DNA from: Pseudomonadota bacterium
GTDB taxonomy: Bacteria > Bdellovibrionota_B > Oligoflexia > Oligoflexales > CAIYRB01
Assembly: GCA_031416315.1 (NCBI GenBank)
Contig: JANOTL010000070.1
Coordinates: 1-18,319 of the forward strand
Direction of reading: 5' to 3'
Length of the DNA: 18,319 nt
Shown here: positions 1 through 7,365 of the stretch, piece by piece
How the letters are laid out: each line of letters opens with the position of its first letter
How positions within the stretch are numbered: the stretch's first letter is position 1
Notes under the pieces: generated by a model
Databases searched by the model: none
Seen by the model: the letters and a program-made list of their open reading frames with translations, nothing else
Told to the model about the DNA's origin: nothing
Position numbers and translations under genes: made by a program

Positions 1-1
1 G

Positions 2-19
2 CCCCCCCCCCCCCCCCCC
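2..19. repeat. poly-C homopolymer (18 C)
   Basis: Directly visible at the window edge. Confidence 0.95.
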
Positions 20-202
20 AGGCTTCACAGGTGGTTTTTCGACTCCCGTCGTCTTGCCCGCCGCATCCGCGAGGTGCTCTCGAATCCAGAGTACGCAAAA
101 AGCGCCGCGGCAGCCGCGAAACGGATCGCCACGGAGGACGGCGTGGGTGTCGCAGTGCGTGCGATCGAGGGATTGCGGGAACAAGCGAAGTTCCCGGCCT
201 GA
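2..202 (+). CDS. 3' end of a GT1/UDP-glycosyltransferase-like (GT-B) protein, partial
   Basis: Not in the ORF track (no start). Frame 2 reads ...RLHRWFFDSRRLARRIREVLSNPEYAKSAAAAAKRIATEDGVGVAVRAIEGLREQAKFPA*, stop TGA 200-202. This resembles the typical GT1 C-terminal helices ending in EDGxxxAxxxIE. Confidence 0.6.
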   Translation, partial: PPPPPPRLHRWFFDSRRLARRIREVLSNPEYAKSAAAAAKRIATEDGVGVAVRAIEGLREQAKFPA

Positions 203-246
203 GCTCCCTCGCGCAAAGAATGGCACGTCTGCGTCGAGCGGAAATT

Positions 247-401
247 CGTCCGTGGTTTATCCGTTCCGGCAGGGGAAAAGAGATGATCTCGCGGGACGAA
301 CGGGGATCTAAAGCGGCTATAAGTTATCAATTCAAAAGAAAAACCCAATCATCTCGGATCCTAGCAACCCATCAAATTCACCCTCCTATCCTCCACCAGA
401 C
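247..401 (+). mobile_element. att-like site 1: arm-type repeats, IHF-like site and tRNA-Ala/tmRNA 3'-end core
   Basis: CGTCCGTGGT/TATCCGTTCC at 247/258; IHF-like TAAGTTATCAATT at 320-332 (2 mismatches); core ACCCTCCTATCCTCCACCAGAC at 380-401. Colinear with 4295-4450. Confidence 0.65.
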
Positions 402-403
402 AA

Positions 404-448
404 CCCGCCAACCCAGATCCCGCCAACCCAGATCCTGCAAACCCACAG
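404..448. repeat. 15-bp tandem repeat (2 exact copies plus 1 degenerate), possibly the duplicated IS1380 right end
   Basis: CCCGCCAACCCAGAT at 404-418 and 419-433, then CCTGCAAACCCACAG at 434-448. Confidence 0.7.
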
Positions 449-671
449 CCGCGGTAGTTCGTTCGGTCCGTCGTCGCGCGTCAGCGCGACGGCTGGGACC
501 GGCAAGAAGGCATTGGTGCGTTCACTCGCGGTCTATTTTCCCATCACTTCCGAGCTTCCTTGGTGTCGCGGATCAGGCGCCCGGCCCCCGCAAAGTCGCC
601 ATCGCCTGTTTAGGCAAATGAGTGGCGACGCCCCTGGGATGTAGCGCAGTTGGTTAGCTGATATTCGGTTT

Positions 672-1315
672 TCAAAGATCGATGGTCGTCCCTCGCATCC
701 GCGTCGAGCCAACAAACTGCTGATGTATTTTGCTGATCCAGTGTTCCACCTATCGCTTTCTTGTTTGGTTGATGTCAAAGATCACGCGACGTGCGTGCCG
801 GACCACCCGGCACGGGACGGTGACCACAAAGAATCGGACTCGTTTCGCCATGCGCGGTTTCCCGTCGGCGAGTAGGTGCGATGCGTAGCGCGTCAGGTTG
901 TGAGCGAACGCCGCGATGATTCCGTAAACTCGATTTGCATTGAGCTTTTGGCAGGGAAAGTGGTGCATGTCGAAGCCGTTTTTCAGCTCCTTGCCCCGCT
1001 ACCTTCGGGACGGTAGAGCGCCGTCGCGACGTCGACTTTGCGCTTGTCCTTGGTGTGCATGCGGCGGTTTGGATGCCAGTGCCGCACGGTTTCAAGGAGC
1101 GGCGCGAGCATCGGCTGGCGCATCGGCGTCACGAATTTCACGTTTGCGCCGAAGCAGGCACTGAAAAAGTCCTTGTTACAGTAGCCGGAGTCGGCGCGCG
1201 CAAAGCGGCGCAAGGGGCGCGGCACCTTGCGAAAAGTCTGCGTAATCGCCGCCGTTGCGCCATTCGCGGTGAAGGCGGAGCCGTCGCGAACGTCCATCCA
1301 ATATTCTGCGGACAC
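672..1315 (-). pseudogene. IS1380-family DDE transposase remnant
   Basis: RFARADSGY motif in 983-1315 and KELKNGFDMHHFPCQKLNAN..AAFAHNL in the next frame. The 5' part is missing. An internal deletion/frameshift near 995 removes the YxxRGxxEN region. A premature TAG at 750-752 is followed in frame by VEHWISKIHQQF... to TGA at 672-674. Confidence 0.8.
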
Positions 1316-1398
1316 ATGGCGCGTCTATGTCCGGGCTGCGTAGCCTGCTGAAATTATGTGAAATTTCGAGGTTTCTTTTCGGAAACCAAAATGAAAAC

Positions 1399-1594
1399 TA
1401 TACCTGATCGGGTATAAACACCGTTGAGCGAACGAATTTTATACCCGATCGGGTATATTCGCTCATTGCTTTCTGGCAAACTATACCTGATCGGGTATAA
1501 TTTCATTGCATCGACAGCGCCATCGACGTAGACACTATACCTGATCGGGTATAATTTCCGCGAATTCGCTTTCGCCTATACCCGATCGGGACGA
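1399..1594. promoter_or_regulatory. Array of five 18-bp palindromic operators TATACC(C/T)GATCGGGTATA, putative HipB-like binding sites
   Basis: Copies at 1399-1416, 1440-1457 (perfect palindrome), 1482-1499, 1536-1553 and 1577-1594 (right half degenerate). TATAAT hexamers overlap copies 3 and 4 (1496-1501, 1550-1555). The array lies directly upstream of an XRE/HipB-like gene. Confidence 0.85.
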
Positions 1595-1621
1595 ACGCTC
1601 GGAAATAGGAGAGCGCCGGCT

Positions 1622-1837
1622 ATGGATGAGGTGGCTGAATTCATCCGCGAAAGACGCCTGCGGCTCGGGCTAACGCAAGAAGACCTCGCTGCCCGGGCTG
1701 GTGTCGGCCTTCGCTTTGTACGCGACCTCGAGCAGCGCAAAAAAACCCTTCGATGCGACAAAGTGAACCAAATATTAGCGCTCTTCGGACATCGCTTAGG
1801 ACCGATCGCGATTCGAGGCGAAGACAATGCCAAGTAG
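1622..1837 (+). CDS. hipB: HipB-like XRE helix-turn-helix regulator (y4mF/couple_hipB type)
   Basis: IRERRLRLGLTQEDLAARAGVGLRFVRDLEQ HTH_3 pattern; AGGAG upstream; overlaps the next gene. Confidence 0.9.
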   Translation: MDEVAEFIRERRLRLGLTQEDLAARAGVGLRFVRDLEQRKKTLRCDKVNQILALFGHRLGPIAIRGEDNAK

Positions 1838-2156
1838 ATCTGGAAACGTCTACATGCACGGCAAGCTCGCAGGCCGGATCGTGCAATTCGAAGACGAGTT
1901 TCAATATACCTACGACGCAGCGTTTATTGCGGACTCAAAAATGCCCGCGATCAGTTTCTCACTGCCCAAAAAGGCTGGAACCTATCGAAGCAAGGTGCTT
2001 TTCCCATTCTTCGACGGATTGATTCCAGAAGGATGGTTACTAAACATTGCTGAGGAGAACTGGAAGCTCGCCGCAAGAGATCGGATGGGGCTGCTGCTCA
2101 ATGTCTGCCGCGACTGTATAGGCGCCGTGCATGTGGAGGCGGACGAACAGTCGTGA
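1827..2156 (+). CDS. hipS: Stand-alone HipA N-terminal domain protein (HipS-like antitoxin)
   Basis: ISFSLP...LFPFFDGLIPEGWL...DRMGLL...DCIGAV matches the couple_hipA pattern; GTGA overlap with the kinase gene. Confidence 0.88.
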   Translation: MPSRSGNVYMHGKLAGRIVQFEDEFQYTYDAAFIADSKMPAISFSLPKKAGTYRSKVLFPFFDGLIPEGWLLNIAEENWKLAARDRMGLLLNVCRDCIGAVHVEADEQS

Positions 2157-3142
2157 CAAACTCTTCCAAGTGCCTTGCATGCTACAAGAGTCTCGAAAAC
2201 TCTCAATTCGATTTCCATCCGACCTGCTCCAAGCGCATTTTCGACGGCAAAGAGCCACCCAAAGTTGAGATAAGCTTGTCGGACGTCAAAGAACTAGCGC
2301 GCAAACTCGTAAACACTCGTCAGGCTCTGACCGGAGTCCAGCCAAAACTTTCGGTCGACAAAGACATCAAAAGAGATCGATCGCATCCAGACACCAAAGC
2401 CTCGTCCGGACGCCTCACGCTGATGCACGAAGCGCTCGGGCTGTCTGGGAACTATATCCTCAAGCCACCGACGGATCGATTTCAGCACCTCCCGGAAATC
2501 GAGGATGCGACGATGCATCTTGCTGAAATCTGTAAGATCCGTGTCGCACTACACGCACTGATTCGATTGAAATCCGGAGAACTGGCGTATCTCACGAAAC
2601 GATTCGATCGGACCAAGAGCCGGAAATTAGCCATGGAAGACATGGCGCAGATAACCGAAGTCCTCACCGAAAACAAGTACAACAGCTCTATGGAACGGGT
2701 TGGCAAAGCAATTCGAAAGCACTCTGACAACCCAGGTTTGGACGTGGTCAACTTTCTTGACGTGGCGCTGTTTTGCCACCTAACCGGGAATGCTGACATG
2801 CATCTGAAGAACTTCTCGCTGCTGACTGAAGAGGATGGGTTAACTGGCTTGTCACCGGCATACGACCTGGTTGCTACGAAGCTGGTGATACCGAAAGACC
2901 TCGAGGAGGCAGCGCTGCCGATCAATGGCAAGAAGACAAAGCTCGGTTCGAAGGACTTTCTGGTACTGGCGGAAGCACTCGAAATGCCAAAATCTGTGTT
3001 CCAGAAGCGATTGCATCACTTTAAGAACAAGATTCCTGAAATGAAAAGTATGCTCGCGATGAGCTTTTTGCCGCCGGATCTCGCGGCCTCTTACGCCGGG
3101 TTGATTGATAGCCGGGCAATCAGTCTCGGAATCGGATCCTAG
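2153..3142 (+). CDS. hipT: HipA C-terminal-domain Ser/Thr kinase toxin (HipT-like)
   Basis: TGVQPKLS P-loop, YILKP, RFDR, MEDMAQ, GNADMHLKNFSL catalytic loop and LSPAYDL. Confidence 0.92.
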   Translation: MTNSSKCLACYKSLENSQFDFHPTCSKRIFDGKEPPKVEISLSDVKELARKLVNTRQALTGVQPKLSVDKDIKRDRSHPDTKASSGRLTLMHEALGLSGNYILKPPTDRFQHLPEIEDATMHLAEICKIRVALHALIRLKSGELAYLTKRFDRTKSRKLAMEDMAQITEVLTENKYNSSMERVGKAIRKHSDNPGLDVVNFLDVALFCHLTGNADMHLKNFSLLTEEDGLTGLSPAYDLVATKLVIPKDLEEAALPINGKKTKLGSKDFLVLAEALEMPKSVFQKRLHHFKNKIPEMKSMLAMSFLPPDLAASYAGLIDSRAISLGIGS

Positions 3143-3151
3143 ACAGTCGCC

Positions 3152-3260
3152 TCAGAGGCCTCTGTCGCGCAGGAAGGCGACGATGCGATCGAAGGCTTCG
3201 TCAAACTCGGGCGGCGCGACGATGCCGCTGACGGCACTGGTCCACCCGGTCTGCCGACTG
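3152..3260 (-). pseudogene. Possible 3' remnant of a convergent gene (AbiEii-like C-terminus, tentative)
   Basis: Reads ...QTGWTSAVSGIVAPPEFDEAFDRIVAFLRDRGL* with GC3-rich codons; no credible 5' part. Confidence 0.3.
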
Positions 3261-4197
3261 TCGCAAGCGACCTTCGCGACGCCTTGAAAACGGGCATTCA
3301 ATGCCTCGAGCGCGAGAGCGGCGCGGCCGCGGCGACTGCACATCGCCTAGCTGGCTTCTTCAATCCGCAAAGAAATCCGCGGGGTGCGCGGATCATCTGC
3401 ACGAACGCCGCCGAGGCCCGTGTTTATGAGCTATTCGGCTCCGAGGGAGCCAAGGCATTCGCCGTCGCCGACCGCTCCATGCCGGAGTTTCCGTCGCTCT
3501 ACCTCGTCAAAGAGCTCATGGCACGCGAGTCGGCGAACGGGCGAAAGACAATCATGTTCCACGAAATGTTACATTGGCTCGGCTATGTCCACGATACCGA
3601 GTTCGACTACGCTTACCTTGCGGAGGCCTGTTGCTTCGGGTCGAATTCAGAAGCGTGCGCGATGCTCAACAGCCCGCCCGCCGTTACCGACGAGAGATAC
3701 CACGAGGCATTCGCGAAGCTCGTGCGTAGCGGGAAGAACTCGCCGATCGTGGCGCTGACGGCAGTGTGGAACGCGGCATTTGCGGCGCCAGGCCGCTCGA
3801 ATGGCCGCTTGATAATGGTCTCGCTCCTCGAGTCGGACTACCGATGGTCAGCCTGATTTATGCCCGCGTCGCCTTGGCGACTGCGACCGACGGGACCGCC
3901 GGCGTGATGCAGGAAAATTTCAATCGGCTCGAGAACGAAGGCGTCTTTCGCAGGATCGACCGGCGTACGCAAGCTCTGGCCCGAGCCTTCGCCGAAGCCT
4001 ATTTGCTTGCCGTCCAAGACAAATTCGACGAGGCTCGCGCGGTCGTCGCGCGCGAAAAGAGCGAGACATGCGCGGCCGGCATCCTCCCGGACAAGCGTCG
4101 AGAGCGGCTCTACTTCATCCAAGTCAGCGTGACGAGCGCCAGAAAAGACCGCCCATTTCGAGAGGCGCTTTTTGGCGCTCTGGCATGTCGCGGCTGA
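3260..4197 (+). pseudogene. HExxH (zincin-like) metalloprotein, 5'-truncated and frameshifted
   Basis: FHEMLHWLGYVH motif in 3284-3856. A -1 shift near 3832 joins it to VGLPMVSLIYARVALA...LACRG* ending at 4197. No clear start or RBS. Confidence 0.55.
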
Positions 4198-4294
4198 GGG
4201 CTCTGGCAACGGTACGCTACTGCGACGTTTACCTCAGTGTGTACCCCATCACTTTCGCCATTCGAATTCAGAGCGGTGCGTGATGCGAAAAAAG

Positions 4295-4450
4295 CATCCG
4301 TGATTCATCCGTGATCGGTCGGGACAAGGTAGGAACTCGCGGGATGCATACGGACTCTGAGATGGACTCAATTTGTTGATTCGATTCAAAATTCAATTTT
4401 TCTCGAAGCCTATAGTCGCCGCTCCTCGACCCTCCGGTCCTCCACCAGAC
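4295..4450 (+). mobile_element. att-like site 2: arm-type repeats, IHF site and tRNA-Ala/tmRNA 3'-end core
   Basis: CATCCGTGAT at 4295-4304 and 4306-4315; CAATTTGTTGATT at 4369-4381 matches the IHF consensus YAANNNNTTGATW exactly; core ACCCTCCGGTCCTCCACCAGAC at 4429-4450 is 20/22 identical to 380-401. Confidence 0.65.
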
Positions 4451-4485
4451 TTCCTCTATGGCATAGAAATGGCAGGAAAGTTCAG

Positions 4486-4542
4486 AGGCGAAAGCGAATC
4501 ATCCGTGACCGTTTCGCCTTCCCGTGGCGGTCCAATCCGCCA
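4486..4542. terminator. Two adjacent hairpins between the att core and the convergent lipoprotein gene
   Basis: AGGCGAAA (4486-4493) pairs with TTTCGCCT (4512-4519); TGGCGG (4525-4530) pairs with CCGCCA (4537-4542). No strong U-tract. Confidence 0.35.
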
Positions 4543-4554
4543 GAGAGCCATGGC

Positions 4555-6408
4555 TCAAGGCACGCAGGTCAACGTGATGTCTGTGACATCCGCGGCCGCC
4601 ACCCCAACGTCGTTGGCGAGGGTGCACGTTTGTCCGCTGGGCTGCAAGTGGACGCGGACGTCGTAGCTATAGCCGTCGTTTTCAACGACGCGCGTGTTAA
4701 AAGTGAACGGACCGTTGCTCGTAATCGTGATGATCTCCAGGTTGATGTAGTTGCGCAGCTTCACCGTGCCGGTCAGCCCGCTGACCGTTCCGCCGAGCGA
4801 GAAGCCCGCGCTACAGGTGACGGTGACGTTCGACACATCGGCCAGGGCCGTGCCGCTGCCGTTTTGAACCGAGCAGGTTTGTCCCGCCGGCGCGGTGGCG
4901 GAGACGACGTAGGTTCCGGCGGCGGCGACGGTTGTCGGGAAGGCGAAGGCGCCGTTGTTCGGGACGACCAGGTCATTGGCGCCGTTAAGCTTCAGGGTTA
5001 CGGGACCCGACGCTCCCGACAGCATCCCGCTGATGGAAAATCCGTCGTTCGCACACGTGACGCCGACGGCGACACTGCCGTCCGAGACCATGCCGGTGGC
5101 GTTGGTGAGCGTGCAGGTCTGACCCGCCGGCTGCTGGCTGACGGTCACGGTGTAGCTCGTTCCGTTCGGCAGCTCCGCGCCGAAGGCGATCTCCCCGTTC
5201 TGATCGATGGAGAGCTCGTGCTCTCCGTTGATCTTCAGCTTGAGCGTCCCAGTCAAGCCGGCGACGGAGACCGCGATCGCATTGCCAGCGGGTCCGCAGA
5301 GGACGGCGACGTCCGCAGCGACGCTCTTGTCGATCGTGCCGCTGCCGTTCGTGACCACGCAGGCGAGGCCGTCCGGCTGCGTTTTGACCTCGACGAGGTA
5401 GGCGGCGCCCGCGACGAGCTGGACGGGGAAGATGTAGGCGCCATCCGCGGTCACGACCAGGGGCGCGCCGTCGTTGAGGGTGAGGCCGAGGCTCCCCGCC
5501 AGGCCCGCGACCGTGCCGCCGACCGGGAAGGTCTCGGCGGCGCAGCCGACCTCCACGTCGGTGACCGCGGCCGACATCTTGCCCGCGCCTTTCGTGACCG
5601 TGCAGATCAGACCGCTCGGTTGCGTGAGCACCGCGACGACGTAGTCGGCGCCGTCGGGAATCCGTGCCGGGAAGACGAAGGCGCCGTCGGCCGCGACCGG
5701 GAGGTCGCCGCCGCCGTTGACCTGGAGGACGAGGCCGGTCCCCGTGAGCCCGGTCACCTTACCGCCGAGCGTGAAGCTCGTACTGGAGCAGGTGATGTCG
5801 GCATTCGTGACATCGGCGAGGAGCTTCGCGATCGTGCCGGCAGCGGCGACGATGCAAGCCTGGTTCTCAGGGCTCGAGCCGACCTTGACTTGATATCCGG
5901 CGCCACCGGGCTGGGCGGCAAAGGCGTACTTCGCCTCGCTCGCCTCGACGGTGACGGTCTGGTCGCCGAGCGCGATCACGACCGGACCGGTGTGGCCGAC
6001 GACGGCGCCGCCGATGCTCCGGGGCAACGGCGCGGCGGGCGTCGCTTTCGCGGTGTCGGTTTGGCAGAGCTTCGGTCCGTAGCAGTAGGTGTAGATCACG
6101 ACGTTGTATTCGACGCCGTTGGTGAGCTTCTCGAGGCGAATATTGCGTACGCTCGCGTTCAAGCCGAACGCGCCGGTGGCCGGCGGAACCGGCAAGCTCG
6201 CTTCGGCGAATTGCACGTCGAAGCCCACGGCGTATTTGCTCGTCCAAGTCACGTCCAGCGCTCCGTCGGCAGGCTCGACGGTCAAAACCGTCCCTGGCGG
6301 TTTGGCTGGCCCGGACAGAGACTCTTCATTGCTGCAAGCGAAGTACGTGAAGGCCGACAGGACGCAGCTCGACAGGAATGCGAGACGAATCGGAAGTTTC
6401 CAGGCCAT
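4555..6408 (-). CDS. Surface lipoprotein: FN3-like domain plus six ~80-aa Ig-like beta-sandwich repeats
   Basis: Signal peptide ending YFAC; AGGAG RBS; FN3-like LDVTW...LTNGVEYNVVI; six repeats of GGxVxGLxG...GxFxF...YxVxVxxQPxGQTCxVxNGSG...VxVxC. Confidence 0.88.
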   Translation of the reverse strand: MAWKLPIRLAFLSSCVLSAFTYFACSNEESLSGPAKPPGTVLTVEPADGALDVTWTSKYAVGFDVQFAEASLPVPPATGAFGLNASVRNIRLEKLTNGVEYNVVIYTYCYGPKLCQTDTAKATPAAPLPRSIGGAVVGHTGPVVIALGDQTVTVEASEAKYAFAAQPGGAGYQVKVGSSPENQACIVAAAGTIAKLLADVTNADITCSSTSFTLGGKVTGLTGTGLVLQVNGGGDLPVAADGAFVFPARIPDGADYVVAVLTQPSGLICTVTKGAGKMSAAVTDVEVGCAAETFPVGGTVAGLAGSLGLTLNDGAPLVVTADGAYIFPVQLVAGAAYLVEVKTQPDGLACVVTNGSGTIDKSVAADVAVLCGPAGNAIAVSVAGLTGTLKLKINGEHELSIDQNGEIAFGAELPNGTSYTVTVSQQPAGQTCTLTNATGMVSDGSVAVGVTCANDGFSISGMLSGASGPVTLKLNGANDLVVPNNGAFAFPTTVAAAGTYVVSATAPAGQTCSVQNGSGTALADVSNVTVTCSAGFSLGGTVSGLTGTVKLRNYINLEIITITSNGPFTFNTRVVENDGYSYDVRVHLQPSGQTCTLANDVGVAAADVTDITLTCVP

Positions 6409-6583
6409 GACAGAGTTGCTCCTGAGTAGGGGGGATGCCTGCGTCTCGGAGAGCCGCGGTAAATCCTTAAGGCTTCGCCTGGCTCGCGGAGCTTGGTCGA
6501 AATTGCAAGAGACGGTGCGAACGAAGCTTCGTTCGACACTTCGGCCCAGGCCATAACGCCGCGAGCCAAATCGGGAGCAGGAC

Positions 6584-6837
6584 GTGCTGAGGTCGAGCGG
6601 AAATGTGTCCCTCGTTGGCTACGTCGTGCTCAGGTCCATCTACTTTGGATGGATCTGGATCCTGACAACTCCTGGCCAGTTCACCACGAACACGATGGTC
6701 GGCGGGGGGGGGGGGCGCTGCTCTTCGCCGGCTCGGCGTTGGCGGTCGTCACCGTGCGCTACGGGTGCCTTTGGCAGATGTCACAAATTTCGAGTGCGAC
6801 GCCGCCAACCACCTCCCGGTCGTCGAGACCATCGTGA
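6584..6837 (+). pseudogene. Small membrane protein split at a G12 tract (6704-6715)
   Basis: Hydrophobic VSLVGYVVLRSIYFGWIWIL before the tract, and GALLFAGSALAVVTVRYGCLW after it in the -1 frame. Confidence 0.3.
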
Positions 6838-6870
6838 TGTAAGGCGACTCCGACCGCGATCCGGCGCCTG

Positions 6871-7293
6871 TCAGTCGTAAAGCTCTTCGCGAACCTGCGC
6901 GTAAAGGCGCTTGGCGAGGTAGACTCGCTGCCGGATGCGCGAAGGCGCGCCCGCGAGGTCGACGTAGGCATCGTTCCATTCTGCGAACTTCGGCCGCATC
7001 CGCGCATAGCGCATCCTGATGGAACGCATGTCGATGCCCCCATCCAACGCATAGATGACGCGACCTTGCAGCGTGCCGATGATTTGATGTGAGATCCATG
7101 CGTAGCGGTCGAACCTTCGGGCCTCGGTATGCTCGCCGTCGGCGCTCGCGCGGCGTCCCGCTTCGGACGCGTCGTAGGCGATGAGCTCGATCGTGTCGGC
7201 GAGACGGGTCGCCGCCCGATATGCGTCGTAACGATCGGCATAGGCCGTAGTCGACACCGCAGCGAAGACTAGTAAAGTTGCCAGGTATTTCAT
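6871..7293 (-). CDS. Secreted alpha-helical hypothetical protein (140 aa)
   Basis: AAGGAGG RBS before ATG at 7293; signal peptide MKYLATLLVFAAVSTTAYA. Confidence 0.8.
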   Translation of the reverse strand: MKYLATLLVFAAVSTTAYADRYDAYRAATRLADTIELIAYDASEAGRRASADGEHTEARRFDRYAWISHQIIGTLQGRVIYALDGGIDMRSIRMRYARMRPKFAEWNDAYVDLAGAPSRIRQRVYLAKRLYAQVREELYD

Positions 7294-7365
7294 CGAAGGT
7301 CCTCCTTGAGTTCGGAGAGCATACACGACAGGAGGTTAGGCGCTCGATCGGGTAAACTATAGGAA

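Noticed and set aside
325..399. Intact tRNA gene ending at CCA (also at 4447)
   Set aside because: No GGGG-type 5' acceptor strand, D-arm or pairing T-stem lies upstream; only the 3' ~18 nt are tRNA-like.
31..621. 196-aa ORF
   Set aside because: Arg/Ser-rich with no motifs; it crosses the att module and IS-end repeats, and another frame explains 2-202 better.
1399..1594. CRISPR array
   Set aside because: Repeats are only 18 bp and fully palindromic, gaps are 23, 24, 36 and 23 bp, no cas genes are present, and the position upstream of an HTH gene fits operators.
4500..4509. Third arm repeat CATCCGTGAC downstream of att core 2
   Set aside because: It could indicate a further junction, but it is a single copy inside a hairpin with no integrase following; not enough to call.
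4630..6429. 599-aa plus-strand ORF and similar long antisense ORFs (8551-9423, 9662-10390, 10387-11025, 15757-16911)
   Set aside because: Antisense shadows of GC-rich genes with no recognisable motifs.
7345..7354. Extra hip operator half-site CGATCGGGTA
   Set aside because: Single partial match without the left half; plausible by chance.
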